A stretch of 49,639 nucleotides of DNA. Origin: an uncultured Gammaproteobacteria bacterium (GTDB taxonomy: Bacteria; Pseudomonadota; Gammaproteobacteria; JABCZS01). The notes beneath the pieces were generated by a model. It was given only the letters and a program-made list of their open reading frames with translations. It searched no databases and was not told the origin of the DNA. The DNA is taken from positions 1-49,639 of the forward strand of contig CAYUEL010000003.1 in the NCBI GenBank assembly GCA_964443025.1. Reading direction: 5' to 3'. The position numbers and the translations under genes are program-made. Of the stretch, positions 1 to 9,505 are shown piece after piece (positions within the stretch are counted from its first letter, which is position 1; the number at the start of each line of letters is the position of its first letter).

Positions 1-143
1 AAATAATCGTTGTTGTTGAAATTAATCAATCTATCATTGCCATAATGAACAATAGAATCTTGCGCATTTTGACGAACTTTATGAATACGCCATAAATGAT
101 TATCTTCTTGATGCTTTAGACGTTGTGCAAAATCTTCAAGCAC
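1..143 (-). CDS. bioF: 8-amino-7-oxononanoate synthase (BioF), N-terminal ~47 codons only; continues past the window edge
   Basis: Not in the ORF track because no stop lies in the window. The minus-strand frame from GTG at 143 reads (M)[55 protein letters not shown] matches the conserved BioF N-terminal YLNFSSNDYLGL region. The start overlaps the bioB stop (GTGCTTGA). Confidence 0.6.
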   Translation of the reverse strand, partial: MLEDFAQRLKHQEDNHLWRIHKVRQNAQDSIVHYGNDRLINFNNNDY

Positions 144-1098
144 ATTGCGCCTCAGTTTCCATTAATTCAATGGGTTTCATACCTAATTCCCTCAGTAACT
201 CCATATCTTTTTTAGCGCCTGGGAGTTCCGTCGTTAATAACTTTTCACCGTAATGAATGGAATTGGCACCTGCCATGAAACATAACGCGTGTAATTCTTC
301 ACTCATGCTATTACGTCCGGCACTTAAACGCACAAACGTTTTAGGCATCATGATACGTGCTAATGCAATGATCCGAACAAAATCAAACCCATTGATATCT
401 TGTTGTTTTGCCATGGGCGTTCCAGGAATAGGAACTAATTTATTAATGGGCACACTTTCAGGGTATATGGGTTTTAAATTGGCCAATTCCATTAATAGTT
501 TAAAACGATCTTCGGTATTCTCACCTAAATTTAATATACCTCCACAACATACATTCATGCCTGCATCACGCACATTTTTTATCGTATCGAGGCGATCATC
601 ATACGTACGTGTGGTAATGACTTCAGAATAATATTCGCGTGATGTATCCAAATTATGATTGTAGTAATCAAGCCCCGCTTGTTTTAATTCCGTCGCTTGC
701 GATTCATCCAACATACCACCTGTAAAACAAGTTTCCATGCCTAATGCTTTCACCGCTTTAATCATTTCCACTACATGAGGCATTTCTTTTTCGGGTGGTG
801 ACCGCCACGCCGCACCCATGCAAAAACGTGTAGATCCTCGTGCTTTGGCTTGCTTTGCGATCTCTACCACTTGTTCTAATGGTAATAATTTTTCTTTTTG
901 TAAATCTGTTTTGTAATGACCACTTTGACTGCAATACTTACAATCCTCGGGGCATGCGCCTGTTTTTACACTTAATAAACTGGATAATTGCACTTGATTA
1001 GGTTGGAAATTTTCACGATGCACCGCTTGTGCTTGAAACACCAAATCAAGTAAGGGTTGCTCATATAATTCTTTGACTTCATTTAACGTCCATTGCAT
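136..1098 (-). CDS. bioB: biotin synthase (radical SAM)
   Basis: 320-aa ORF with the radical-SAM cluster motif [11 protein letters not shown] and full-length BioB-like sequence. It is followed by bioF on the same strand. Confidence 0.95.
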   Translation of the reverse strand: MQWTLNEVKELYEQPLLDLVFQAQAVHRENFQPNQVQLSSLLSVKTGACPEDCKYCSQSGHYKTDLQKEKLLPLEQVVEIAKQAKARGSTRFCMGAAWRSPPEKEMPHVVEMIKAVKALGMETCFTGGMLDESQATELKQAGLDYYNHNLDTSREYYSEVITTRTYDDRLDTIKNVRDAGMNVCCGGILNLGENTEDRFKLLMELANLKPIYPESVPINKLVPIPGTPMAKQQDINGFDFVRIIALARIMMPKTFVRLSAGRNSMSEELHALCFMAGANSIHYGEKLLTTELPGAKKDMELLRELGMKPIELMETEAQCA

Positions 1099-1167
1099 AA
1101 TATCTTCCTAATATGTGTATCTAAATCAAGATGCCATTGTGCTAATAATAATAACAGCTGTCAACTC

Positions 1168-1866
1168 ATGATAACAAAAATATTGAACTACTGCTCAATA
1201 AATATGCAATTTCCCTGCGAACTTTGCCTTTCCCCCTCGTCAACACCCCTGTGCAACGCCTGTTACGCCGACCTCCCCTGGATTGAAAGCCATTGTTCAC
1301 ATTGCCGCCGTGGTGTAACCGTGCAAGGAATGTGTGTGCCTTGTCAACAAGGGGCATTCTCTTTTGACCAAGCATTTATCCCCTTTCATTATCACGGATC
1401 GATTGCCACATTGATTTCGCAATTCAAATTTAATCATCAATTGCATCATGCACGAACACTCAGTCATTGCTTTATTCAAGCCGCAAAAGATTATACATTA
1501 CCATTACCGGAATTACTTATTCCCGTGCCTGCACATCCCAAACGTGTTTTTGAGCGAGGATTTAATCAAAGTATTGAATTAACGCGTTTTATCGCAAAAG
1601 CATTGCATGTCCCTTGGGAGGCACGTTTTATTGCACGCATTCAAAACACACCTGCGCAAAATAAATTAAAGCAACAAGAACGTCGACGTAATTTGAAAGA
1701 TGCTTTTGCTTTGCACAAACCTCGTAGGGTTAATCATGTTGCATTGGTCGATGATGTAGTCACTACCGGAACAACCGTGAATACATTGGCACAGGTGTTA
1801 AAAGAGGCTGGCGTTGAACGTGTGGATGTATGGGCGATTTGCGAGTCAGTCGGGAAAATCAGTTGA
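1168..1866 (+). CDS. ComF/GntX-family phosphoribosyltransferase-like protein
   Basis: C-terminal PRTase motif VALVDDVVTTGTT and N-terminal Cys pairs (CELC..CNAC, CSHC..CVPC). The track ORF starts at 1093 and would overlap the divergent bioB start, so ATG 1168 (or 1204) is more plausible. The start is uncertain. Confidence 0.75.
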   Translation: MITKILNYCSINMQFPCELCLSPSSTPLCNACYADLPWIESHCSHCRRGVTVQGMCVPCQQGAFSFDQAFIPFHYHGSIATLISQFKFNHQLHHARTLSHCFIQAAKDYTLPLPELLIPVPAHPKRVFERGFNQSIELTRFIAKALHVPWEARFIARIQNTPAQNKLKQQERRRNLKDAFALHKPRRVNHVALVDDVVTTGTTVNTLAQVLKEAGVERVDVWAICESVGKIS

Positions 1867-1898
1867 CGCAACTCTAATATTGCTTAACAATAACGGAT

Positions 1899-2828
1899 AT
1901 GCCTAAACATACTATTGCAATACTCGGCGGCAGCGGCTTTGTGGGCCGTCATCTATGCGCTTTATTAGCAGCACATGGCCATTCCGTTCGCGTTTTTTCT
2001 CGACGCCCTGATGCTTGCAAGCATCTAACCGTACTTCCCACAGTTTCTGTTGAAAAAGTCGATGTTTTTAATGCGAGCCAATTAAGTGAAGCTTCTCAAG
2101 ATTGCGATGTCATGATTAACCTTGTTGGCATCTTGAATGAAAAGGGCCACAAAGGTAAAGAATTTCATCATGTTCATGCTGAATTAGCAAAAATTGTGAT
2201 CGATGTTTGTAAGCGTAATGCGATTTCACGTTTATTGCATATGAGCGCATTGAACGCCGATGCAAAACGAGGCAATAGTTTTTACTTACGTACAAAAGGT
2301 ATGGCTGAAGATTATGTTCATGCACATGGATCCACTGATCTTAAAGTCACCAGCTTTCGACCGTCTGTGATGTTTGGCCCTTATGACAGTTTCTTTAATC
2401 GTTTTGCATTGCTACTCAAATACAGTCCTGGTGTTATGGTATTGCCCAGCGCCAGTGCACAATTTGCGCCTATTTATGTTTTAGAGGTTGCGCAAATGAT
2501 GGTTGATAGTATCGATATGCGTGACACATTCGGCGAACGTTATGATTTATGCGGTCCTATGGTTTATACATTGGAACATCTGGTGAAATATACCGCTCAA
2601 GTGTGTGAACACAAACGCCTTATCATTGGATTATCCCCGAGTTTATCTAATATCGCAGCACACATCATGGAATATTTACCTTTTAAACCTTATTCCGTCG
2701 ATAATTATAAAAGCGCGCTGGTTCCTAGTGTTTGCAAAGATGCTTTTCCATCCCTGTTTAACGTGAAGCCAACACGACTAGAATATATCGTACCCACTTA
2801 TTTAGCTCCTTATCGAAAAAAATTATGA
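1899..2828 (+). CDS. NAD(P)-binding atypical SDR (NDUFA9/NmrA-like epimerase/dehydratase family)
   Basis: N-terminal Rossmann motif ILGGSGFVGRHL in a 309-aa ORF. Its stop overlaps the cca start (ATGA). Confidence 0.75.
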   Translation: MPKHTIAILGGSGFVGRHLCALLAAHGHSVRVFSRRPDACKHLTVLPTVSVEKVDVFNASQLSEASQDCDVMINLVGILNEKGHKGKEFHHVHAELAKIVIDVCKRNAISRLLHMSALNADAKRGNSFYLRTKGMAEDYVHAHGSTDLKVTSFRPSVMFGPYDSFFNRFALLLKYSPGVMVLPSASAQFAPIYVLEVAQMMVDSIDMRDTFGERYDLCGPMVYTLEHLVKYTAQVCEHKRLIIGLSPSLSNIAAHIMEYLPFKPYSVDNYKSALVPSVCKDAFPSLFNVKPTRLEYIVPTYLAPYRKKL

Positions 2829-4039
2829 AAATATACTTAGTAGGCGGTGCCGTTCGAGACAAACTGCTTCACCGACCTGTTCATGAAAAAGATTATGTAG
2901 TGATCGGCAGCACGGTGGATGAAATGCTCACACAAGGTTTTCAGCCCGTTGGTAAAGCATTTCCTGTTTTTTTACATCCTAAAACAAAAGAAGAATATGC
3001 ACTTGCACGTACTGAAAAAAAAGTAGACAGAGGTTATCATGGTTTTATATTTCATGCAGAACCGGATGTGACATTAGAAGAAGATTTAAAACGCCGTGAT
3101 TTAACCATCAATGCCATTGCACAAGATGAACAGGGTCATTTGATTGATCCTTATCACGGCCAACAAGACCTTGAACAAAAAATCTTACGGCATGTAAGTC
3201 CAGCTTTTAGTGAAGATCCCGTACGTGTTTTACGAGTGGCGAGATTTTTAGCGCGCTTTCATCATCTGGGATTTACGATTGCCGATGAAACCATGCAACT
3301 CATGAAAGACATGGTCAATGCAGGCGAAGTCAATGCGCTTGTTCCTGAACGTGTGTTTAAAGAACTCGATTCAGCATTGAAAGAACAAACACCCACGGCT
3401 TTTTTTGAAACCTTGCGCGCTTGCGGCGCATTGGATATTTTGTTTCCTGATATTGCTAAATTATGGGGTGTCCCACAAGACCCCCAATACCATCCTGAAA
3501 TTGATTGTGGTATTCACACGATGATGGTACTCGAAGCCGCTTCACGATTAACCGATGATCCCGTGATTCGTTTTGCAGCATTAACGCATGATTTAGGCAA
3601 AGCTTACACACCTTCATCTTTATTACCCAAGCATACGGGACATGAAATCATCAGCGTTGAACGTGTCAAACATTTATGCGAACTTTATAAAACACCGAAT
3701 GAATACACGGAATTAGCTGTATTGGTTGCAGGATTACATGGACAATGCCATAAAGCCATGTCACTCGACGCCGAAACATTATTAGATTTGTTGCAAAAGC
3801 TCGATGCATTTCGACGCCCGCAACGATTGGAACCTTTTTTATTAGCGTGCGAGGCCGACAGTCGAGGACGTACCGGTTTCGAACATTCAGATTACCCGCA
3901 AGCAAATTATGTCAGAAAAATTTTTCAAGCAGCGAATGGAATTGATCAGAAAGCGATTGCACAACATTATCAGGGCGAAGCCATCAAGTCTGCAATATAT
4001 AAAGCACGATTGGATGCCATAAAACAGGTTATTAAATAA
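2825..4039 (+). CDS. cca: multifunctional CCA-adding tRNA nucleotidyltransferase with HD domain
   Basis: GGAVRD and RRDLTINA nucleotidyltransferase motifs, plus an HD-domain signature (ALTHDLGK). 404 aa. Confidence 0.9.
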   Translation: MKIYLVGGAVRDKLLHRPVHEKDYVVIGSTVDEMLTQGFQPVGKAFPVFLHPKTKEEYALARTEKKVDRGYHGFIFHAEPDVTLEEDLKRRDLTINAIAQDEQGHLIDPYHGQQDLEQKILRHVSPAFSEDPVRVLRVARFLARFHHLGFTIADETMQLMKDMVNAGEVNALVPERVFKELDSALKEQTPTAFFETLRACGALDILFPDIAKLWGVPQDPQYHPEIDCGIHTMMVLEAASRLTDDPVIRFAALTHDLGKAYTPSSLLPKHTGHEIISVERVKHLCELYKTPNEYTELAVLVAGLHGQCHKAMSLDAETLLDLLQKLDAFRRPQRLEPFLLACEADSRGRTGFEHSDYPQANYVRKIFQAANGIDQKAIAQHYQGEAIKSAIYKARLDAIKQVIK

Positions 4040-4040
4040 A

Positions 4041-4070
4041 AAAAGCCGGCATATAAAAGTACCGGCTTTT
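4041..4070. terminator. bidirectional intrinsic terminator between convergent cca and the RRM gene
   Basis: AAAAGCCGG (4041-4049) pairs with CCGGCTTTT (4062-4070). An A-run lies upstream and a T-run downstream, so it reads as hairpin plus U-tract on both strands. The loop is 12 nt. Confidence 0.5.
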
Positions 4071-4097
4071 ATCGTTCATATAGACAAAAATCTTATG

Positions 4098-4454
4098 TTA
4101 GTGTCTACCACGACCACCTGAACCACTGCGGTCATCACGACCACCGCGACCACCACGATCATCACGATCGCGACCGCCGCCACCACCACCGCCGCCGCCG
4201 CCGCCAGTGCGACGATCTTCAGCGATATTAACACGAATAGCACGGCCCGCAAGCTCATGACCATTCATCTTATCTACCGCTGCTTTAGCTTGGCTAGCAT
4301 CAGCAAAGCCGACAAAAGCGAAGCCTTTAGAGCGACCCGTTTGACGATCTGTGATAACGTTTACTTTCTTGATTTCACCAAACTGGCCAAACATTGCTTC
4401 TAGATCAGCTTCGGTGGTTGTGTATGGCAGGTTGCCAATGTATATTTCATTCAT
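4098..4454 (-). CDS. RRM-type RNA-binding protein with Gly/Arg-rich tail
   Basis: RNP-2 IYIGNL and RNP-1 KGFAFVGF motifs, with C-terminal G11 and RGG-like repeats. The track start at 4460 is TTG. ATG at 4454, with GGAA 8 nt upstream, is preferred. Confidence 0.85.
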   Translation of the reverse strand: MNEIYIGNLPYTTTEADLEAMFGQFGEIKKVNVITDRQTGRSKGFAFVGFADASQAKAAVDKMNGHELAGRAIRVNIAEDRRTGGGGGGGGGGGRDRDDRGGRGGRDDRSGSGGRGRH

Positions 4455-4676
4455 TTTCAATTTCCAAATTTAACAATTAACATCCCCTCAGGTATTGCTA
4501 CCCTCAGGCTCATAGGGCGATACTACCACAAATCCTGTATAAATTACCACCATTCCTAATAGGATTTTTCTGGCCATCTCGAATATAAGAGTTATGAGAT
4601 ATAAAATCGTCTTGTCCTTAAGGCAGCAAATCCTTTACAATGAAATCCAAACAAATACATACCTCTAGGATAACCC

Positions 4677-6443
4677 ATGAAAGAAACCATTACACAACTA
4701 TTACAAAACACGGTGACACAACTTCAAGTACAAGGACATATTCCTGCTGATATAACTGCAAATATTCAGGTCGACCATACCAAAGATAAAGCCCATGGTG
4801 ATTTTGCAACGAATCTTGCATTAACCCTAGCGAAGCCTTGTCAACAAAACCCGCGAGCGATGGCTGAATTGATTATTCGCAACATACCCAAACATGCAGA
4901 TCTCAGTAAAGTTGAAATTGCAGGTCCTGGATTTATCAACTTCTTTGTTGCTCAAAATACACAGATGGACGTGATTCCCGCTATTTTAAGGCAAAAAGAT
5001 CAATTTGGTGTTTGTGATATGGGTGCTGGCACACGTGTTTTTTTAGAATATGTTTCAGCCAATCCAACAGGCCCATTGCATGTCGGACATGGTCGCGGTG
5101 CAGCATTTGGTGCGTCACTGGCTAATCTCCTTAAAACAGCGGGGTTTGATGTTCACAGCGAATATTATGTGAATGATGCTGGACGTCAAATGAATATACT
5201 TGCCACCAGCGTTTGGCTACGTTATTTAGCATTATATAACTTGGATTTTAAATTTCCTCGCAATGGTTACAAAGGTGATTACGTCATTGATCTTGCAAAA
5301 ATGTTGCAGAATGATGTGGGTGATACATTCGTGCGTGATATTCCAGCCGTATTTAACCATGTTCCATTGGATGAACAACCCGATGGAAGTGGTGATAAAG
5401 AAGAACATATCGATGCGTTAATCAAAAATTGCAAAACGTTATTGGGTAAAGAAGGCTATTCAAAAGTATTTGATTTGGGTTTAGATACAATTGTTGTTGA
5501 TATCCAAGAGGACTTAAAAGAATTCGGCGTTGTATTCGATGAATGGTTTTCTGAAAAACGTCTCATGACCGACAATGCCGTACAACATGCGCTGGATGTT
5601 CTACAAAAATCAGGTTTACTGTATGAACAAGAAGGTGCGCTGTGGTTTAAATCCATGCAATTTGGTGATGATAAAGATCGTGTTGTACGCAGAGAAAATG
5701 GTGATACCACCTATTTTGCTTCGGATATCGCTTACATGTTGAATAAATTTGAACGTGGCGCTGATCAATTGGTTTATATTTTTGGTGCTGATCATCATGG
5801 TTATCTACCACGGTTGCGCGCTTGTGTTGAAGCATTAGGACATAAAAACGAAGATGTATTATTCGAATTAGTACAATTTGCCATACTTTATCGTGGCGAA
5901 GAACGGGTGCAAATGTCAACGCGTAGCGGAGAATTTGTCACATTACGTGAGCTGCGCAATGAAGTAGGTAATGATGCCGCACGCTTTTTTTACATCATGC
6001 GCAAAGCAGATCAACACATGGATTTCGATTTGGAATTGGCTAAATCACAATCGAATGACAATCCTGTTTATTATATACAATATGCACATGCAAGGATTTG
6101 CAGTGTTTTTCGTCAAGTGACTGAAAAAGGTTTTGTGTATGATGAAGCCATGGGCCTAAGCCACGTGGCTTTACTTAACGAACCTCATGAAGAAGCATTG
6201 ACCCGTATACTCTCACGCTATGCAGAAACGCTCATTGGCGCCGCCAAAGCCAAAGAACCTCATCGTATCGCGATCTATTTACGAGAGCTGGCCAACGCGC
6301 TTCATAGCTACTACAATGCTCATATATTCTTGGTAGAAGATGAAACATTACGCAATGCCCGTTTAAGCTTATGTGCTGCTACTCAACATGTGTTAGCAAA
6401 TGCCCTCAAGCTACTCGGTGTCAGCGCACCCAGCAGCATGTAA
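4677..6443 (+). CDS. argS: arginine--tRNA ligase
   Basis: 588 aa with the class I signature HVGHGRG and the KMSKS-equivalent MSTRSG. Full-length ArgRS-like sequence. Confidence 0.95.
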   Translation: MKETITQLLQNTVTQLQVQGHIPADITANIQVDHTKDKAHGDFATNLALTLAKPCQQNPRAMAELIIRNIPKHADLSKVEIAGPGFINFFVAQNTQMDVIPAILRQKDQFGVCDMGAGTRVFLEYVSANPTGPLHVGHGRGAAFGASLANLLKTAGFDVHSEYYVNDAGRQMNILATSVWLRYLALYNLDFKFPRNGYKGDYVIDLAKMLQNDVGDTFVRDIPAVFNHVPLDEQPDGSGDKEEHIDALIKNCKTLLGKEGYSKVFDLGLDTIVVDIQEDLKEFGVVFDEWFSEKRLMTDNAVQHALDVLQKSGLLYEQEGALWFKSMQFGDDKDRVVRRENGDTTYFASDIAYMLNKFERGADQLVYIFGADHHGYLPRLRACVEALGHKNEDVLFELVQFAILYRGEERVQMSTRSGEFVTLRELRNEVGNDAARFFYIMRKADQHMDFDLELAKSQSNDNPVYYIQYAHARICSVFRQVTEKGFVYDEAMGLSHVALLNEPHEEALTRILSRYAETLIGAAKAKEPHRIAIYLRELANALHSYYNAHIFLVEDETLRNARLSLCAATQHVLANALKLLGVSAPSSM

Positions 6444-6456
6444 TTTGTGATGTGAT

Positions 6457-7008
6457 ATGGCTAGAGATTACGCAAAACGTCCTAATAAACGAAAGCAACG
6501 CAAGTCGGTGAGTAGCTGGGTTTGGTTATTAACAGGCCTTTTAATTGGTCTTGTGCTCGCTGGTATCGCTTATTTGAAAGTGATTATGCCGCAACGTAAT
6601 GTTGAACCTGAAAAAACTGTTTCAGCCCCACCTCCTACAGTTAAACCCGAACCAATAGCCGCAAAACCTAAGTTTGATTTTTATACTTTGTTACCTGAGA
6701 TGGAAGTGGGCGTGCCCGAAAAGGCACCAGCTGCTCCCGCAAAGCCTGCTTCACCCTCAAAAACACTCGAGACAGCGAAATACCGTTTGCAATTAGCTTC
6801 TTTTAAAAGCTTTGAAGAAGCAGATGGGATGAAAGCCCGCCTTGCATTGGAAGGAGTCTTTGTTGAAATTCAAACCGTCAAAGTGGAATCTGGGCAAACC
6901 TGGTACCGCGTACGCACCTCTTTGTTTAATGATCGCAACGAAGCTCTCGCACTTCAAAAGTCTCTTCAGAAACAAGCTATCAATTCCATGTTGTTGAAGG
7001 ATGGTTAA
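6457..7008 (+). CDS. SPOR domain-containing cell-division-type membrane protein
   Basis: Basic N-terminus, one TM helix (WVWLLTGLLIGLVLAGIAYL), a Pro/Ala-rich linker and a C-terminal SPOR-like segment (YRLQLASFKSFEEADGMKARL...WYRVRTSLF). Confidence 0.7.
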   Translation: MARDYAKRPNKRKQRKSVSSWVWLLTGLLIGLVLAGIAYLKVIMPQRNVEPEKTVSAPPPTVKPEPIAAKPKFDFYTLLPEMEVGVPEKAPAAPAKPASPSKTLETAKYRLQLASFKSFEEADGMKARLALEGVFVEIQTVKVESGQTWYRVRTSLFNDRNEALALQKSLQKQAINSMLLKDG

Positions 7009-7009
7009 T

Positions 7010-7480
7010 ATGGATACAAACAAAAAGGTCCCCGCATTTAAATTAATGATAACGGAAGATCGCATCATTAAATCTCAAGATTTACAAGGCAAAAACATCG
7101 TGTTGTATTTTTATCCTAAGGATAATACGCCCGGTTGTACATTAGAAAGCAGAGACTTCGCTAAACTTTATCCACAGTTTAAAAAAGCTAATACAGAAAT
7201 TTTTGGTATTTCGCGTGACAGTATTAAATCTCATGCAGGTTTTAAAGCAAAATGTGATTTACCTTTTGATTTAGCATGTGACAAAGATGAATCACTTTGC
7301 CAATTATTTGATGTGCTCTGGCCTAAAAACATGTTTGGTAAAATAGTGAATGGCATTGTACGTAGCACATTTCTTATCGATGCAAACGGCGTATTGCGTC
7401 ATGAATGGCGTAAAGTTTCTGCTGCGGGACATGCACAAGAAGTATTACAATTCGCATCTTCAATGGTAACGGGTATATAA
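7010..7480 (+). CDS. bcp: thioredoxin-dependent thiol peroxidase (Bcp peroxiredoxin)
   Basis: Peroxidatic Cys motif PKDNTPGCTLE. The track start is 7001, but ATG 7010 has GAAGGA about 9 nt upstream and is preferred. Confidence 0.85.
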   Translation: MDTNKKVPAFKLMITEDRIIKSQDLQGKNIVLYFYPKDNTPGCTLESRDFAKLYPQFKKANTEIFGISRDSIKSHAGFKAKCDLPFDLACDKDESLCQLFDVLWPKNMFGKIVNGIVRSTFLIDANGVLRHEWRKVSAAGHAQEVLQFASSMVTGI

Positions 7481-7512
7481 TACCTATTCCAGCATCTAAT
7501 TGAGGGGAATAC

Positions 7513-8037
7513 ATGACAACGATCGTTTCCGTTCGCAGGGGTAATCAGGTGGCTATTGCAGGCGATGGTCAGGTTTCAATGGGTAACACCATCATGAAGG
7601 GCAATGCGAAGAAGGTTAGGACCTTGCGTAATGGCAAAATCCTCGCCGGATTTGCCGGGGGTACCGCTGATGCCTTCACCCTATTTGAACGCTTTGAGGC
7701 GAAGCTGGAGAAGCATCAGGGGCATATTGTTCGTTCCGCGGTGGAACTGGCCAAAGACTGGCGGACCGATAAGTTCCTTCGCCGCCTTGAGGCCCTATTG
7801 GCGGTGGCAGATCACACCGCATCCCTCATCATTACTGGCAATGGCGATGTGATTGAACCCGAAGATAACCTGATTGCGATTGGGTCGGGCGGTCCCTATG
7901 CACAAGCAGCTGGAAGAGCGCTACTTGAAAATACTCAGCTTTCCGCAAAAGAAATTGTTGAAAGGGCCTTGAAAATTGCAGGAAGCATCTGCATTTATAC
8001 TAATCAGAACATCACACTTGAAACATTGGATTTTTAA
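7513..8037 (+). CDS. hslV: ATP-dependent protease subunit HslV
   Basis: Starts MTTIVSVRR (Thr nucleophile after Met). 174 aa, GAGGGG RBS, followed by hslU. Confidence 0.95.
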   Translation: MTTIVSVRRGNQVAIAGDGQVSMGNTIMKGNAKKVRTLRNGKILAGFAGGTADAFTLFERFEAKLEKHQGHIVRSAVELAKDWRTDKFLRRLEALLAVADHTASLIITGNGDVIEPEDNLIAIGSGGPYAQAAGRALLENTQLSAKEIVERALKIAGSICIYTNQNITLETLDF

Positions 8038-8061
8038 ATTTAAATAAGAGGTACAATAAAA

Positions 8062-9399
8062 ATGTCACAATCACTCACTCCACAACAAATCGTTACCGAA
8101 CTTGATAAATACATCGTTGGACAAGACGATGCTAAACGTGCCGTTGCTATTGCATTACGTAATCGTTGGCGGCGCATGCAAGTAGATGAAAAGCTTCGTA
8201 ATGAAATATCACCGAAAAATATTTTAATGATCGGACCGACGGGTTGTGGTAAAACAGAGATTGCACGACGTCTTGCGAAATTAGCCAATGCGCCTTTCGT
8301 TAAAGTAGAAGCAACCAAATTTACGGAAGTAGGTTATGTGGGTCGCGATGTCGATTCCATCATTCGCGATCTCGTTGATATGTCTATCAAAGTAACGCGC
8401 GAAGCGGAAATGGAAAAAGTACGTGATAAAACACAAGCCGCTGTCGAGAATCGTATTTTAGACGCATTAATTCCACCCGGTCATGGTCGATTTGAAAATG
8501 AACCTCCAGCGCCTGAATCCGAAGATTCTCCTGCACGTCAATTGTTTCGACAAAAATTACGTCGTGGTCAAATTGATGATGAAGTAGTTGAGCTTGATGT
8601 TGCTTCAGGCATGGGTGTTGATATCATGGCACCTCCTGGCATGGAAGACATGACCAGTCAATTGCAAGACATGTTACAAAGCATGAGTCATGGACGTACG
8701 CGCAAACGCAAAATGACCATCGCCGCAGCAAAAAAATTATTGCAAGAAGAAGAGGCCGCCAAATTCATCAATGAAGATGATATTCGCGCACGTGCGGTGA
8801 TGAATGCTGAACAAAATGGAATTGTATTTATCGATGAAATCGACAAGATTACATCACGCGATGATCGCGGCGGCGCTGGCGTTTCACGCGAAGGGGTTCA
8901 GCGTGATTTATTACCTCTCATTGAAGGTTGTACCGTTACAACTAAATACGGCATGATCAGCAGCAACCACGTGTTATTCATTTGCTCAGGCGCGTTTCAT
9001 TTATCCAAACCCTCTGATCTTATCCCTGAATTACAAGGTCGTTTACCCATACGTGTTGAACTGAAACCTCTGACCGCTAATGATTTCAGGCGCATCTTAA
9101 CGGATCCTAGCGCTGCACTCACATTACAATACCGCGCAATGTTAGAAACTGAAGGCGTTAAAATTGAATTCCGTGATGCTGCAATTGATAAACTTGCTGA
9201 AATTGCTTACCAATTGAATGAAAAGACTGAAAATATCGGCGCACGTCGCTTGTATACAGTCATGGAACGCTTGATGGAAAATGTTTCTTACGAAGCAACT
9301 GAACACAAAGGCAAAACTGTCGTGGTAGATGAAGCTTATGTTGACAAATTTCTCGGCATGCTTGCTGCAGATGAAGATTTATCGCAGTATATTTTGTAA
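8062..9399 (+). CDS. hslU: ATP-dependent protease ATPase subunit HslU
   Basis: Walker [16 protein letters not shown] and Walker B-type IVFIDEIDK. 445 aa. Confidence 0.95.
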   Translation: MSQSLTPQQIVTELDKYIVGQDDAKRAVAIALRNRWRRMQVDEKLRNEISPKNILMIGPTGCGKTEIARRLAKLANAPFVKVEATKFTEVGYVGRDVDSIIRDLVDMSIKVTREAEMEKVRDKTQAAVENRILDALIPPGHGRFENEPPAPESEDSPARQLFRQKLRRGQIDDEVVELDVASGMGVDIMAPPGMEDMTSQLQDMLQSMSHGRTRKRKMTIAAAKKLLQEEEAAKFINEDDIRARAVMNAEQNGIVFIDEIDKITSRDDRGGAGVSREGVQRDLLPLIEGCTVTTKYGMISSNHVLFICSGAFHLSKPSDLIPELQGRLPIRVELKPLTANDFRRILTDPSAALTLQYRAMLETEGVKIEFRDAAIDKLAEIAYQLNEKTENIGARRLYTVMERLMENVSYEATEHKGKTVVVDEAYVDKFLGMLAADEDLSQYIL

Positions 9400-9403
9400 C
9401 ATT

Positions 9404-9485
9404 GTCATTGCGAGGCCCGCAGGGCCGAAGCAATCTATCTGTGTATGTGGATTGCTTCGCCTCGCTACGCAAGTCTCGCAATGAC
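9404..9485. repeat. 82-bp nested-palindrome intergenic repeat, family A copy 1 (GTCATTGCGAG ... CTCGCAATGAC)
   Basis: Outer arms are GTCATTGCGAG/CTCGCAATGAC and inner arms CGAAGCAATC/GATTGCTTCG, with a small GGCCC-GCA-GGGCC hairpin. It starts 5 nt after the hslU stop. Copies are also at 36969-37051 and 49015-49095. Confidence 0.85.
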
Positions 9486-9505
9486 AAGAATGAGAAATAA
9501 AAGTT

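Noticed and set aside
257-631. A 124-aa + strand ORF inside bioB, and many similar antisense or alternate-frame ORFs in the track. Examples are 1166-1375, 2116-2325, 3666-3905, 5456-5919, 8040-8318, 17101-17343, 20195-20518, 24074-24427, 26359-26588, 27219-27964, 31829-32370, 37380-38747, 39372-40807, 42108-42461 and 44384-44877.
   Set aside because: Each lies entirely within, or antisense to, a longer ORF with clear family motifs or better coding character. None has a recognisable motif or an RBS. They are treated as shadow ORFs.
4076-4264. A 62-aa Ala/Val-rich ORF on the minus strand overlapping the RRM gene tail.
   Set aside because: It is an alternate reading frame of the (GGN)n / RGG-encoding repeat of the RRM protein and is a low-complexity artefact.
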